From Octopus vulgaris (taxonomy: Eukaryota): 64,000 bases of DNA. The notes beneath the pieces are model-generated. The model did no database searches and was not told the origin of the DNA. It was given only the letters and a program-made list of their open reading frames with translations. The stretch spans positions 1,736,001 through 1,800,000 of the forward strand of contig OX597826.1 in the NCBI GenBank assembly GCA_951406725.2. The letters run 5' to 3'. Both the position numbers and the translations under genes were made by a program. Below are positions 40,384 to 53,460 of this stretch, in pieces; positions within the stretch are counted from its first letter, which is position 1; every line of letters begins with the position of its first letter.

Positions 40384-40603
40384 ACAAGGGATGCTGAGAA
40401 GTTGCTGGTTTTGGGTAAAAAAAAAAATACAGGAAGATCAGTTAATCAAGATTTTATTCAACATATTCCCCTCTAAGATTCACACACTTATTGCAGTGGT
40501 CCTTCAGTTTTTCTAAGGCCTGTAAAAGATATTGGAAGGTTGGGCCTCAAACCAGGCATTTTACGATACCCTTAAAGCCAGGAACTCACAGCACCTCTTT
40601 GTA
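40384..40603. mobile_element. mariner-type MITE, degenerate
   Basis: ACAAGGGATGCTGAGAAGTTGCTGG ... CCAGGAACTCACAGCACCTCTTTGT. Confidence 0.5.
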
Positions 40604-40629
40604 CACCCACACCCACACACATACATATA

Positions 40630-41443
40630 ATGGTGTGTTCTGACTAAATTTGATGATTTGTTCTTTCGTCAAGAAGCAGCTTTTGATGTTTTGATGAATA
40701 GTTAAAGGAATTGGAGAGCGTAAAGATTGTAACTGAGCAAAAGTTAGCTGAGATGGGCGACTGGAAGTTGTACGAATATTGGGAAAAAGTTACCTGTATC
40801 ATAATGATTCATGCCAGGTGTCAAAATAACGAAGTTATGACTGCAGCTCAATGCTCTGTGGACAACTAAAGGCTGTGATACGAACAGTTGCTATGGAGAT
40901 CCCCAAACCATAACCAGCAGGAAAACACACCAGAATACAACCAATAAATGGTGAACACGACCTTACGCTTAGTTCAGAGAGATATGGTGAAGCTGATGGA
41001 GATTGGTCAGTCTGTAAGCAGGGAGAGTTGTTGCTGGAAAGCCACATGCATGGCTGCAGGATTTGGCTACATGTCATATATTTTGGAATGAAAAATGGTT
41101 GTCAGAGAATTTTAACAACTTCACGAGCCCCAATTTCCTATCTCCTAATTCTTCCGATTGTAATCTCATGGATTACTACATGTGGGGTGCAGTTGAGTAA
41201 GACACCAACCACTCTGCCTGCAACACCAAAGCTGAGCTGGAGGCTGAGATCAAGGAGGTGTTTGAAGATCTTAGGAATGCAGGAATGTATGCGCCAGGTT
41301 CTGGAGTTGTTTTAAGGCCACGATGGAAGCTGATTTGATGGTGGTTACTTAGAGTAAACTGATATTTTTGAAAATACGTTTAATTTTGAATAGGATATTG
41401 TATTTTCATTTCCCTTTATGCAAAGGGAGCCTGAACACCCTGT
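40630..41443 (+). mobile_element. Tc1/mariner (DD37D/maT-like) transposon remnant
   Basis: 41105-41357 reads NFTSPNF(L)SPNSSDCNLMDYYMWGAVE*DTN...ELEAEIKEVF...ARF...GGYLE*, matching the WPPNSPDLNPLDY-type C-terminus; ends CTGAACACCCTG. Confidence 0.75.
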
Positions 41444-42256
41444 GTGAGTGTGTGTGTGTGCATCTCTCTCTCTCGCTCTTCGTAATGACATTGGGTGATT
41501 GTTGTAAATGAATTTCATTTCCAATATTCTGCAAAAGATGTCTAGTCATGGAGAGAGATTACCTTAATAAGAAACAGGTATGGTTTGGCAACGGGAAGGG
41601 ACATTCAGCCAGAGAATATCATGTCTGCCTCAGCAAACTGTCCAACCCAGGAAAGCAAGGACACGAAAATGATAAATGACAATGTATATAAACCTATATA
41701 CATATACATAGGTGTTGGCTCTGTGGTATGAAGTTTGTTTCCCAACCACATGGTTCTGGGTTCAGTTCCACAGCATGGCATTTTGGGCAGGTGTCTTCTA
41801 CTAAAGCCTCAGGCTAACCAAAACCTTGTGAATGGATTTGGTAGACAGAAACTGAAAGAAGCCTGTTGTATCATTTACTCTTTTACTGGTTTCAGTCATT
41901 TGACTGTGGCTATGCTGGAGCACCGCTTTTAGTCGAGCAAATCGACCACAAGACTTATTCTTTGTAAGCCAAATACTCATTCTATTGGTCTCTTTTGACG
42001 AACTGCTAAGTTATAGTGACGTAAACACACCAGCATCGGTTGTCAAGCGATGTTGGGGGGCCAAACACAGATACACAAACATATACACACACATACATAC
42101 ATATTTAAGACGGGCTTCTTTCAGTTTCCGTCTACCAAATCCACTCACAAGGCTTTGGTCGGCCCAAGGCTATAGTAGAAGACACATAGTGGGACTGAAC
42201 CCGAAACCATGTGGTTGGTAAGCAAGCTACTTACCACACAGCCACTCCTGCACCTA

Positions 42257-42295
<39 letters not shown>

Positions 42296-42384
42296 AATGA
42301 AAAAATATATGGTAATTAAACAAACAATTTATACTGAGTGTGTAAGTTTTCATTTATTAAGTAATGGAACGCAACATGCACCGA

Positions 42385-42424
<40 letters not shown>

Positions 42425-43642
42425 GTATGTATGTATATATGTATGTATATATGTGTATATATCTGCAAGTATACCTGTGTCTGTCCACCACAACACAACT
42501 TGACAATTGGCGTTGGTGTGTTTACATCCCTGTAACTTAGCGGTTTGGCAAAAGAGAGTGATAGAATAAGTACTAGGCTTACAGAAAATAAGTCCTGGGA
42601 TTGATTTCTTTGAGTAAAAAAAATCTCTCTAAGGCAGTGCTCTAGCATGGCCACAGCCAAATAACTGAAACAAGTAAAAGAATACGAGAGAGAGAGAGAG
42701 GGGAGAGAGAGAGAGAGAGTTACATATACAAACTAAGTCTTGTACCATCCTATCTTACAATAATACCATTCTGTCGAAATGGCCTTGCCACAGTTGAACA
42801 ATCAACTATACAAATTGGATGGGTGGATTTTATTTTTAGATCGGCTCATTTGTGGCTTCAGATAAACTGCTTGGGGCAATATTATATGCAGAAAATAAAG
42901 CATAGCCTCTGCACACACACACACACACATATATTTAGATATGTATGTATACACTCTTGCATACAAAAATCTACCTGTGTGTATATATAGATATATACAC
43001 AAACACTAACTGAAATACAAACACCAATATACATTCATCTACATATACACCTATACATTTTCATACATACACAGATATACACACATGTATACATATATAC
43101 ACATATCTACATATACACACACTTACACCCAAGCATCTACAGACATATATACCTATACACACACATCAATCTAAACTTGAATATATATATATTATACACA
43201 CACTCACATATATACACAAACACACACATACACAAGCGCACACACACACACACACATATATATATACACACACACACACAAATATTCATGCACTTGTATA
43301 TAGTCATACACGGGTGTTGGGATAACACTAAGGTTTATAGAGGAAAAAAAAAACAGCAACATTCCAGAACCATTTTCTTCAGAGTGAAAATATTTGCTTT
43401 CATTTCTTTTGTTTCTCTCAAAGCCAAATCCTCGGATCTTTTTGCAGCAACATGATATATAAACTTAACCAGACATGGGTGTGTAGTACGAAGTTTGCTT
43501 CCCAATCACATGGTCCCAGGTTCAGTCCCACTGTGTGGCACCTTGGGCAAATGTTTTCTACTCTAGCCTTGGGCTGACCAAAGCCTTGTGAGTAGAGTTG
43601 GTAGACGGAATTTAAAAAGCCTGTCGTATACATACATACACA

Positions 43643-43731
<89 letters not shown>

Positions 43732-43829
43732 TTTATTTGTGAATTAAGGCTACAATTGGTTTCATGTTAAGAAAAGTAGGAAATTATCTTAGTATCTTAA
43801 TTTTTCAAGCCAATCACATGGAGAAAAGT

Positions 43830-44200
43830 GTTCACCTGTAGACAACAACTGTCTTGAGAAAAAACCCAATGGAATACCAAAGATGTATATTGGAATGATG
43901 GGAAACTTGTTCAAAGGAAGGTATGTGCAAGACCTTGCATCATTCAGAGACAAAAACAAAAAAATATGCAGCATCCCTATCAAATATAATATGGACATTG
44001 AAAGAAGGTAGAATAAGCAAGCCCCAGATAGAATGGAAAATCACTGCTAAAGCCAAAAAATACAGAGGACCGGGGTACCAAATGTGAAATCAAAATTTTA
44101 CTGAAAAATTAATTATACAATTAACAGACAACATCTTAAATATTAGGGACGAAACCTTCTCCCCCTGCATAGATAAGCAATATTTTACACTCAAATACTT
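43830..44200 (+). pseudogene. Penelope-like element GIY-YIG endonuclease remnant
   Basis: Frameshifted SPVDNNCLEK / MYIGMMGNLFKGRY...SFRDK / ASLSNIIWTLKE...IEWKITAKAKKY / TEKLII..ILNIRDETFSPC, matching CP.DG.CL...YIG.T...FK.RY..H..SF...LS..IW.LK...W.I...EK..I..LN.R.E...C. Confidence 0.8.
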
Positions 44201-44569
44201 TAAAGAATACCCGCCCCCCCCTTATAAATGAGGGAGCTCTTCATATACGTGAACATACATAGCACACAAACTTCACACAACAAAGAAGAAATAAGTCATA
44301 AACTCCACACAAAGAAGAAATAAGTCTCAATGAGTTACAACCTCAACTAAAAGGACAAAAAACCATTCCCAGAACAAAAAGAAACAAATAATGCAAAAAA
44401 AAAAAAAATAAAGAAATTTATCGTAAAGACAAATCCAAAGGATACAAACTCAAAAAAATGCCTTTTAGAGTAACAACCCTTGATTGTTTCCTTTATATGA
44501 CTTTCTGACAAAATTCGCCCCTCTGGCCAATAAGTGATGAGGAGTTGGTGACCTTCTCTGTCAGTTTTT

Positions 44570-44848
44570 TATTTACATTATTTACATTTGACGGATATTT
44601 GTCCTCATCTTGTTTGTTGTTAAGACAATGTTTTGGCTGATATACCCTCCAGCCTTCATCAGGTGTCTTGGGGAAATTTTTCGAACCTGGGTTCTCATTC
44701 CTAAGGTAAGGTGTCTTCCAAAGGTGTCCCCAAGACACCTGAAGAGGGCTGGAGGGTCTATCAGCCGAAACATTGTGTTAACAACAAATAAGATGAGGAC
44801 AAAATATCCGTCGAATGTAAATAAATCCTCATTTCTTAAATATAGAAT
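44570..44848. mobile_element. divergent (inverted) pair of Penelope pLTR-like units with minimal hammerheads (family B)
   Basis: Minus copy 44622-44667 and plus copy 44734-44779: GACAC CUGA(U/A)GA N GGCUGG...UCAGCC (G)AAA C(A)UU GUGUU. Confidence 0.7.
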
Positions 44849-45010
44849 TGTTTTCCATTTGTCTTTCTTTATCTTACACACACACATATATAGATAGATA
44901 GATAGATAGATACACATGTTTTGTAAACAACTTGCACTTGCATAAGCACACAAATACAAAACCAGGTGGAAAAAAGAAATACTCAAATAACAAAGGAAGT
45001 GCAATATAAT

Positions 45011-45198
45011 TTTTATTAAAGCTGCAAAAATCTTCAGAAACTCTTACTCAGAGTTTCACGTTCCTGTTCGTCGGACAGTTGTGATGAATACTGCATTAAA
45101 ATGGTCAATTTTAATTTAGTATTCATCACAACTGTCCGACAAACAGGAATGTAAACTCTGAGTAACAGTTTGTGAAGATTTTTGCAGCTTTAATAAAA
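45011..45198. mobile_element. foldback with two family C hammerhead-like motifs (CCGACGA core)
   Basis: Arms 45011-45092 and 45118-45198; minus copy 45039-45080 AACUGU CCGACGA AC..GU GAAA CUC U GAG UA A(G)AGUU. Confidence 0.65.
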
Positions 45199-46608
45199 GC
45201 ATGTGCAGGAGTGGCTGTGTGGTAAGTAGCTTGCTTACCAACCACATGGTTCCGGGTTCATTCTCACTGCGTGGCACCTTGGGCAAGTGTCTTCTACTAT
45301 AGCCTCGGGCCGACCGAAGCCTTGTGAGTGGATTTGGTAGACAGAAACTGAAAGAAGCCTGTCATATATGTGTGTGTCTATCCCCCCAACATCGCTTGAC
45401 AACCGGTGCTGGTGTGTTTACATCCCCATAAGTTAGCAGTTCGGCAAATGAGACCGATAGAATAAGTACTAGGTTTACAAAGAATAAGTCATGGGATCGA
45501 TTTGCTTGACTAAAGGCAGTGCTCCAGCATGGCCACAGTCAAATGACTGAAACAAGTAAAAGAGTAAAATATATATATATATATACATATCCCATTACAC
45601 AAATGTATACACAACACGTGCACATGCTCAGACCAAGGCATTCATTATATACATTTAAATGCTTGTAAGTATAGATAGGTAGATATATATATATAGATAC
45701 ATGTATGTATATACTCGTGTATTTATATACACGTAGACGAAAGCTTGAAGTCCTCCCATTAAATTTACTTGAAGAAGAAACCAAAAAACAATGGAACTCA
45801 TTCTTCCTCAAGAAAGAACAGTCCGGTCTTTGATAACCTTCTACTAGCCACCCACCAGTATCATTTTTAATGGTTTGGCTTCTTCCAAACTGCCAGATAA
45901 GATAATATAATGGTTTTTTTTATAAATGCATGAAAGATGACATTCTTTAAAGTTGCAGAAGTAGGAGTGGAAAAATGCAGCGTTGTATCATTCATGCCTT
46001 TCACAGTGTATTGTGAGTGAAGACATATCTGTGTGGTTACGAAGTTCACTTCGTAATCATGTGGTTCTGAGTTCTGCCAGTTTGCCGTCTTTGAGTCAAC
46101 AAATATTATCATCACTCATTGATCTTCCATGCTGGCATGGTTTGAAAGGTTCGACAAGTACCAGGGCTGGATTAAGACCTAAAGAGGCCTTAAGCACTTC
46201 AAAGATTTTGGTACCGCACCCCTGTATATATGTAATTCAAAATATAAACAGTTACAAACTATGAAATGATTTTTCTTTTTTTAAATGAAACAAAACTAAC
46301 AGTCGATGGAAAATAATGTTTTTATATTAGAAAAGTTTTCTTGCTTTTAATTGCGAAGTCTTTCATCAGATCCTCACTATGACACGATGAACACTTTGAA
46401 ACTCTATTTCCGATCATATAAACTACTTCGAATATTATGTTAGCAAGTTTAACCCTTTTTAGTATTTGAACTAGCCATATCCGGCCCAAATATTGTTTTA
46501 CGTTCAAACCAACCAGATCTAGCCTCTTACACCAACCCTACAATGCCATTCTGAATGCAGTAAATAGTGAACAGGAGTAGAAGTGTGGTCAAGCCCATTG
46601 TGCGTATG

Positions 46609-47355
46609 TATGAGGTGGTATCAAAAGGTTGCTGGATTAGTTCTGTAGCATGCCAACAGATGGCAGCACATGGTTGCATGTGCAGTGAGAGCAAGCAGGG
46701 GCCTTCATATGGCAGTGTGCTGAGTAACATTGAGCATGCATTGGGGGTGAAGCAAGAGGTTGCACACAAGGCTTCAAGTGGTAGGGTCACTTCAAAAGTG
46801 GAAGAACATCCTTAGAAGATGAGCAATCCAGAAGACCTGCCATAAGCATCCCCCTGGAAATGTGGTATTGTGCATCAAGAATTCAGTCCCCCAGGACCTG
46901 ACCATCAATCAAAAGTTCTACGGTAACATTTTGAAGCATTCGAGGGAATATATTCGGTGAAAGCAACTGAATCTGTGAAGCAGAAAGAATTTGGTTTTTT
47001 ACGACAATGAATCCTCTGTGAGTTTCTTGCCAAAAACATGGTATCACTTCTCTACCTGCCCTATTCACCTGCGAACTTCTATCTCTTCTCCAAGATGAAA
47101 CCACATGCCAATATTGCAGCTCAAAGGTCGCCATTTTAACACCATTGTTGAGATCCAGAGTGAATAGCAGAAGGTCCTTGACTTGTGTATGGAAAAACAA
47201 CTTCCAGGTCGGATTCCAAAAGTGGCAGGATCACTGGGACCAGTGTATTGTTGCACAAGGGGACTATTTTGAAGGAGACGATACTAAAATTTAGGTAAAT
47301 CAGTTATTTTTTATTAAGCATAACTAGTCTGGGATTGTTTTGATACTACCTCGTA
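46609..47355 (+). mobile_element. decayed mariner transposon (same family as 30417-31200)
   Basis: Both TIRs with TA flanks; GIVHQEF..TINQKFY..IL..; EFLAKNMVSLLYLPYSP..FYLF.KMK..LKGRHF..FQKWQDHWDQCIVAQGDYFEGD. Confidence 0.88.
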
Positions 47356-48274
47356 TGTCAGGTTGGGTCATTCTAGAGCAGGAGTCAAGGAAATTTTTAA
47401 CCAATTTACCCCTAAAAATCATAGATTCTTTGAATTCAAAAGGTTTATTGAATCTATTTATATGGAAAATACAATTATAAATATAAAAAGTATAAAACAA
47501 ATGCAATAAAATATGGTGTGACATCTAAAAGCATCCATTACATTGGACAGATACAGTGTTGTCAGAAGAAAAATTTCTGGTGTTACACGGGACACATTTT
47601 TTATAGAATTTTCCTTGTCTAATGAGTCTTTATTACCCAACAAGAATTTCATTTTTACCGCATTTGAGGCAATTTACCCCAGTTTGAAAATTTCAAAGCT
47701 TTGCAGAAATGACAATTTGAGTTTAGCACACCAATTTGGACAGAATTATCATTTTTATATGAATGAGATGGATCATATCTGAAAGCAGCTCCAAGAGTTG
47801 TGAAGAACGAATTTGTACATGTTCTGTTTCTGAGAGCTATTCTAATGACTAAAATGTTGTTTTAATGATTTAGCATTGAGTGCTGCAGCATGGCCTTGGC
47901 TGATCTTGGGAAAGTCTCATCTCCCTTCTCTCTTGTGACTCCATTTTACGTGTGGCAGCATGTGTTTGTTGATCTTGGGAAAGTCTCATCTCCTTTCTTG
48001 AGACTCTCGCCTTTGCTTTTCTACAATCCTCCTTCTTTTATGTTTGTTTCTGGAGAGATTACATCTTTTCTTTGGAAGCATATTTTTTTCAATATTGTAA
48101 ACAAAAAATTATGAACATAGAAAGAAATTATATATTAATCTCTATTTTTGTAAGCAGTTGTATGTATGTAGTGTGCCTTAATTTTCGTGTGTAAATTAAC
48201 CACGTAGAAGCACATGTATGAACTGCTAATTTAACGGTAAATGCTACAATAATTATTATAAATAAATTTCTCAA

Positions 48275-48315
<41 letters not shown>

Positions 48316-48823
48316 TATAGGAGCATTCCGTCGGTTTCAACGACGAGGGTCCCAGCTGATACGATCAACAGAACAGCTTGCTCGTGAAATTAACGTGCAA
48401 GTGACTGAGCAATCGACAGACACGTGTACCCCTAACGTAGTTCTCAGGGAGATTCAGCGTGACACAGAGTGTGCTAATGTTATTTGGTTTTAATCCAAAT
48501 GTAATTAATGCACACATACGCTTTGTACTCATAATGGCCTGGCTATTATTCTGTATACGTGACATGCACACAGACATGTCAGGCAAGACTTCCTTTTGTA
48601 CCCCACCAAAAACACCCCTTTTTTAATTTAATGTTTTTTTCTACACAAACCCCTGTTTTTGGCTACAGAGAATACGAATCTGCAAAAAAGATTGGCAAAA
48701 ATCAGCATTTTTAAATTACCCCCAAATTCATCATTTTCAATTTTTTTCACAAATTTCTTTTTTCAAAATATGTGGAAAAATACGGAGATTATGATTCTGA
48801 AAAAATTTTCAAAAATTTTTCGA

Positions 48824-48872
48824 CTTAGGGTTAGGGTGTTAGGGCTAGGGCTAGGGTTTTAGGGTTAGGGTT
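48824..48872 (+). repeat. short interstitial degenerate (TTAGGG)n tract
   Basis: TTAGGGTTAGGGTGTTAGGGCTAGGGCTAGGGTTTTAGGGTTAGGG. Confidence 0.8.
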
Positions 48873-49282
48873 TAGAGAAAAAAGTGAAAAATGAAGAATT
48901 TGGGTTAGAATTGGAGTAAGGGGTGGGGGGAATATCAAAATTCCGATTTTTGGCAATTTTCCGGAATCTCCATATCCGAAAACGTGGGTTTTGGGCAAAA
49001 ATTTTTTTAAAGAAACAATAATTGGCAAGAAAATGGGGGAGGGGTGATGGGAGGAAGTCTTTCCTTATTATATCAATAAACCATCTCTCAAACATTCTAC
49101 TCGGTTGTGTCTCTCTTTTCCCACTGGCATATATGTATTATTCCAGCCTTCCGGACGGAGTCATTGGTTTCACCACGCTTGACCACGACCATCTATAGCT
49201 GAATTGAAGACCAAGTATACAGCACGTGTGGTTATTTGGCAAAAAAAAAAAAAAAACTCGTCCCAAAATATAATAATATCTG

Positions 49283-49487
49283 TTCTATATTTAAGAGATG
49301 AGGAATTATGTACATTGTTTACGGTTGATGAATATTTGTTCACATCTAATAACAACAGCATCAAAAAATACCATAGGAATGAGAATCCAGGTTCGAAATT
49401 TCCCCAAGACACCTGATGAAGGCTGGATGGTATATCAGCCGAAACGTGTTAACAACAAACAAGATGAGGACAAATATCCGTCAAATG
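49283..49487 (+). mobile_element. family B pLTR-like unit with an inverted 3' piece in front; hammerhead core 49408-49450
   Basis: CTGATGAAGGCTGGATGGTATATCAGCCGAAAC; 49283-49348 is the reverse complement of the unit's tail seen at 44790-44848. Confidence 0.7.
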
Positions 49488-50450
49488 GTAGCCCTATCGA
49501 ATATGCCATCAGTGACAGAGGCAGTCATGCTTACTAGCTATGGCGACAACACAAAAGTTGCACAGTCAGTCAAGGAAACCTCTGATGCTACGCTCTTACA
49601 GAAAGATCTAGATGCCATCTATAACATACAATTTAATGCAAGTAAATTCCAGGCTCTCCGCTACCAGTTAAGCACTGGTCAGGAATTACGACATCAGTGC
49701 GTTGGACCAAGTGGAGCAACGATCCCAGAATCAAATACGGTGCATGATCTTGGAATAGAAATGAGCAACAATGCCTCATTTCACACACATAACAACAAAA
49801 TGGTAGCAGTATCCAGAAGACTGGCCGGCTGGATTCTGAGAACCTTCTGGACAAGGGACCAAGAAGCTATGATGACACTATGGAAGTCATTTATCCTCAG
49901 CCAACTGGACTACTGCTCTCAGCTATGGTCACCTTATACTACAAGGACGATAGCAGAACTTGAAGCAGTCCAACGACGTTACACAAAGAAAATTACATCA
50001 ATGGAACGATTGAGTTACTCGGACGGGTTGAAAGAGCTGCGACTCCATTCCCTGGAACGAAGGTGGGAGAGGTATGCAGTGATATATATATATATGGAAG
50101 ATACTGGAAGGACTGGTACCAAACTTTGGAATAAAGAGCTATACCAGACCACGAACAGGACGTCACTGTGCCGACTGCTTCATCTCGGGCAAGGACGATG
50201 TACTGCAATAGCTTGGGTTTCAAGGGCCCACAGCTGTTTAACTGTCTGCCGAAGCATCTGAAGAGACTCCATGGAGTGGATGTAGACGTTTTCAAACGTC
50301 AACTTGATCTCTGATCGCCGAGATCCTGGATGAGCCAATATCTAAGCAAGAAACTCAAAAGAGGGCAGTAGCATCAAACCCCATCCTTCACCAAAAGCCG
50401 CTACGACAAAGGTGGAAAATGGAAAGAGGATTACAATGGCGGTGCTGTAG
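49488..50450 (+). mobile_element. 5'-truncated CR1/L2-group LINE: RT C-terminal region, inactive
   Basis: SYGDNTKV (decayed YADDTK), LQKDLDAIY, FNASKF, DLGI, LDYCSQLWSP, LEAVQRR.TK, LHSLERR..RY; frameshift at ~50090. Confidence 0.88.
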
Positions 50451-50640
50451 CATGGCCACAGTCTTTGGACTGAAACATAAAAGAATAAAAGTAAATAATG
50501 TATATAATAATACGTTTCAACACACGAAGTCACAGCAGGAATCTTACAAAACAGATTCATAAGTATATTTCCGAGAACATATCCAATATCCCTCTCACAC
50601 ACACTTTTGTTTTAGGTAAGTAGGATGTAATTCAAAGTGA

Positions 50641-51544
50641 TTTGGCTGCCATTTCTAGCAGGTTGATTAGTCACACAGAGAATGCCTTGTCCTGGTTCTT
50701 GCTTTGTCTATGATTAAGGTGTCTCTGTATGATAACTCCCTCTTCATTCCGTCACTGCACAACTCTTGATACCAACCAAAAATAACCACACAATCAGAAA
50801 TGACCCCAAAACGTAAGATCAACCGACCTATTTGAGACTCACTTTAGAGCATGTAACGCACCGGTGAACAGGCAGCCGGTGAAATCTCCAGCAGATCCCG
50901 GGCTAAAAATAAGCTCCTAAACTAAGCTGTCAAAATATCAAATCTGCCACTTTAACACACCACAAACAAAACAAAGCAACAACAGGGCTGTAACTTTAAC
51001 AACCAGCTGTAGTATCCCTATCCGCAGACCTTCCTCCTCCCCCTTAAGTTTCCTTATTACGTGGCTACTTACTGTAAAAAGGCAACTAGACACTGAAATA
51101 TTTCATATATAATCTAATCCTTTTACCAACATATATTATACCCCCACCCACCGACATATACACCCACCTTTTTTCCCTTTTCCCTTTCTTCTAACCAGAA
51201 ACTACCATTTAAAAGGAGACAGCGGGTCCTATGTGGTCTGCGTGTGTATGTGAGTGTAACCTTTCGGATTAATATGATGTTCTCCAGCTAAACATCATTT
51301 AAATCAGGTTGAAAGGTCAGGTTTATCGTAGCTCGAAACGCACCACCAGTAGTCACTAATTACAAACCCATGCTGTTGAAGGAGTGGTGGTCGGACTTCC
51401 TCAAGATGCGATGGATTATACTCTACTAATGATGATTAGAGATGTAGCTGTGAGTGAATGCACGTGCGGTTTGGCTGCCATTTCTAGCAGGTTGATTAGT
51501 CACATAGAGACTGCCTTGTCCTGGTTCTTGCTTTGTCTATGATT
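50641..51544. repeat. 75-bp direct repeats flanking a ~755-bp insert
   Basis: 50641-50715 equals 51470-51544 with 2 mismatches. Confidence 0.85.
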
Positions 51545-51799
51545 GCAGCGTCACTGCATTGGTTGGCCCGAGGCTATAGAAGACATTTGCCCAAGGTGCC
51601 ACACAATAGGACTGAACCTGAAACCACATGGTTCCTAAGTAAGTTTCTTGACCAAACAGCTATGCCTGCGCATGTATAGCTTTTACTCCTTAAGTCGTTG
51701 TCTCGTGGCCCTGTTGGGACGATATCTTAAAGAGCTTTAGTTATATCACCCCCACTAACTGCTACTGTTGCTATTTAATTTCATTAATAGACTGGAGAG

Positions 51800-52228
51800 A
51801 CCTTGTTTAAATTCTTCCCACTACTTGAAGTTTTTCAACTTACACTGGATTTCTTTTTTATGATTTACTAACACTATGGTCCAGCAACGCCGGGTCATAG
51901 TGCTAGTGCATGCATATACAGCTGCGTGCGTGCGCACATACACGCCAGTACTGTCCAAATCTCCGACCAATCACATACAGCCAGCTGGCACTCAATTGGC
52001 GTATCAAGTTTCGGGCATTTTGATTGGGTTTTGAATACAAAATTCACAAAAAAGTCACTTCTATTGATTTTTTAATGGCTTTGCGGGGTGACTAGGGAAA
52101 TGTAAAGATGTGCACGACCACCCTTGGACGGTTTTGAATGACCATAGAAAGTGCGAGCCCTCTAACTGAAAAATTGTGGATTTGTATAAAGGACACACAC
52201 AGACATTTTGCCGTTTATATATATAGAG
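51800..52228. mobile_element. Helitron fragments: plus-strand 3' end (to ~51906) and minus-strand 5' part (from ~52227)
   Basis: CCAGCAACGCCGGGTCATAGTGCTAG|T; minus TCTATATATATAAACGGCAAAATGTCTGTGTGTGTC. Confidence 0.6.
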
Positions 52229-52515
52229 AGAGATTTCTAGATACAAATGAATGCGATTTTCTTTATCAACATGTAAATACACATTAAAAAAAATAATAAT
52301 CTGGTGAAAATTCGAAATACTTCAAACGGTTAAATCTAACAAGATTCTCGGCTCAGGTGCGGCTGCGTGGTAAGAAGCTGGCTTCCAAACCACATGGTTC
52401 TGGGTTCAGTTCCACTGCGTGAAACCTTACTTGGACAAATGTCAGCTGTAACCTCGGACCAGCCAAAGCCTTGAGAGTGGATTTGGTAAACGGAAACTGA
52501 AAGAAGCCCGTCGTA

Positions 52516-52560
<45 letters not shown>

Positions 52561-52923
52561 GCGTGTCTTTGTGTCTGTTTATCTCCCAGCATCACTCGAT
52601 AACCGGTGTTGGTGTGCTTACGTCCCCATAACTTAGCAGTTAGACAAAATAGGTCGATAGAATAAGTACCAAGCTTTTAAAAGTAAGTCCTGGGATCGAT
52701 TTGTTCGGCTAAAACCCTTCAAGGCAGTGCTCCAGCATGGCCGCAGTCAAAAATGACTAGTAAAAAGATAAAAGATACTACTGGTGTAATGTGAAACGAA
52801 GTGCTTTGTTTAAGGACACGGTGCAAGTCTTGGTCCGGGAATCGAACTCCTGATCTTACGATCGTGTGCCTCTTTGCCCAAAGCATTGTGAACATTCTTT
52901 CGGAAGTTGATTGAGCCGCTTAC

Positions 52924-53015
52924 GTTCTTAGCTATCACTACCTCGACGAGAAGGGCCAGGAGAGACTTGCGTTTGTTTGTTTCCTTTCATATTGTAATAT
53001 TCCTGTTCTCTGAAT
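52924..53015 (-). other. candidate non-coding (5'UTR/lncRNA) exon
   Basis: TATTATTTTCGACAG acceptor, AAC|GTAAGC donor, unique sequence; stops in all frames. Confidence 0.3.
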
Positions 53016-53361
53016 CTGTCGAAAATAATATATTAACTGCGGGGAATTAACTTCAGTTCATTAGTACTTTTTTTTTTATTTATAAATATTTATAAAAATA
53101 GATAAACGTATGAAAATGTTACATTTCTGAATATGTTAACATTTTAATATATTTATACATTTATAAATATACACAACTATTTTCTGGGTTGTTAAGTGAT
53201 CCGTTCAGATTCCAAAAAGAATACTCCATTGGGTATATTATATTTAACCATTCCTGCAACGCAACTAATTATTGATGAACTTATTCGGCAAGCTCTTATC
53301 TTTAATTACAATGGTGATGTGATGTCCGAACGAAAAACCGTGTCATGTCCTGACTTCTTAC

Positions 53362-53460
53362 AGATCAAATTACTCCAGAATGTAGTTTTGATGCTGCTAG
53401 GTTTCCGTAATTCCCCGATTCAATCAGTAAAAAAAAAAAGAAAAAAGCCAATAAAAAGGA
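53362..53460 (-). other. candidate non-coding exon
   Basis: ~50-nt polypyrimidine tract ending TTAATTTCAG; donor TCT|GTAAGA. Confidence 0.3.

Noticed and set aside
48824-48872. Telomere or chromosome fusion site
   Set aside because: Short, degenerate, single orientation, embedded in TE-like sequence
49416-50261. 281-aa ORF as a functional gene
   Set aside because: Chimera of a pLTR-like unit and a truncated LINE RT with a decayed catalytic motif (YGDN) and a frameshift
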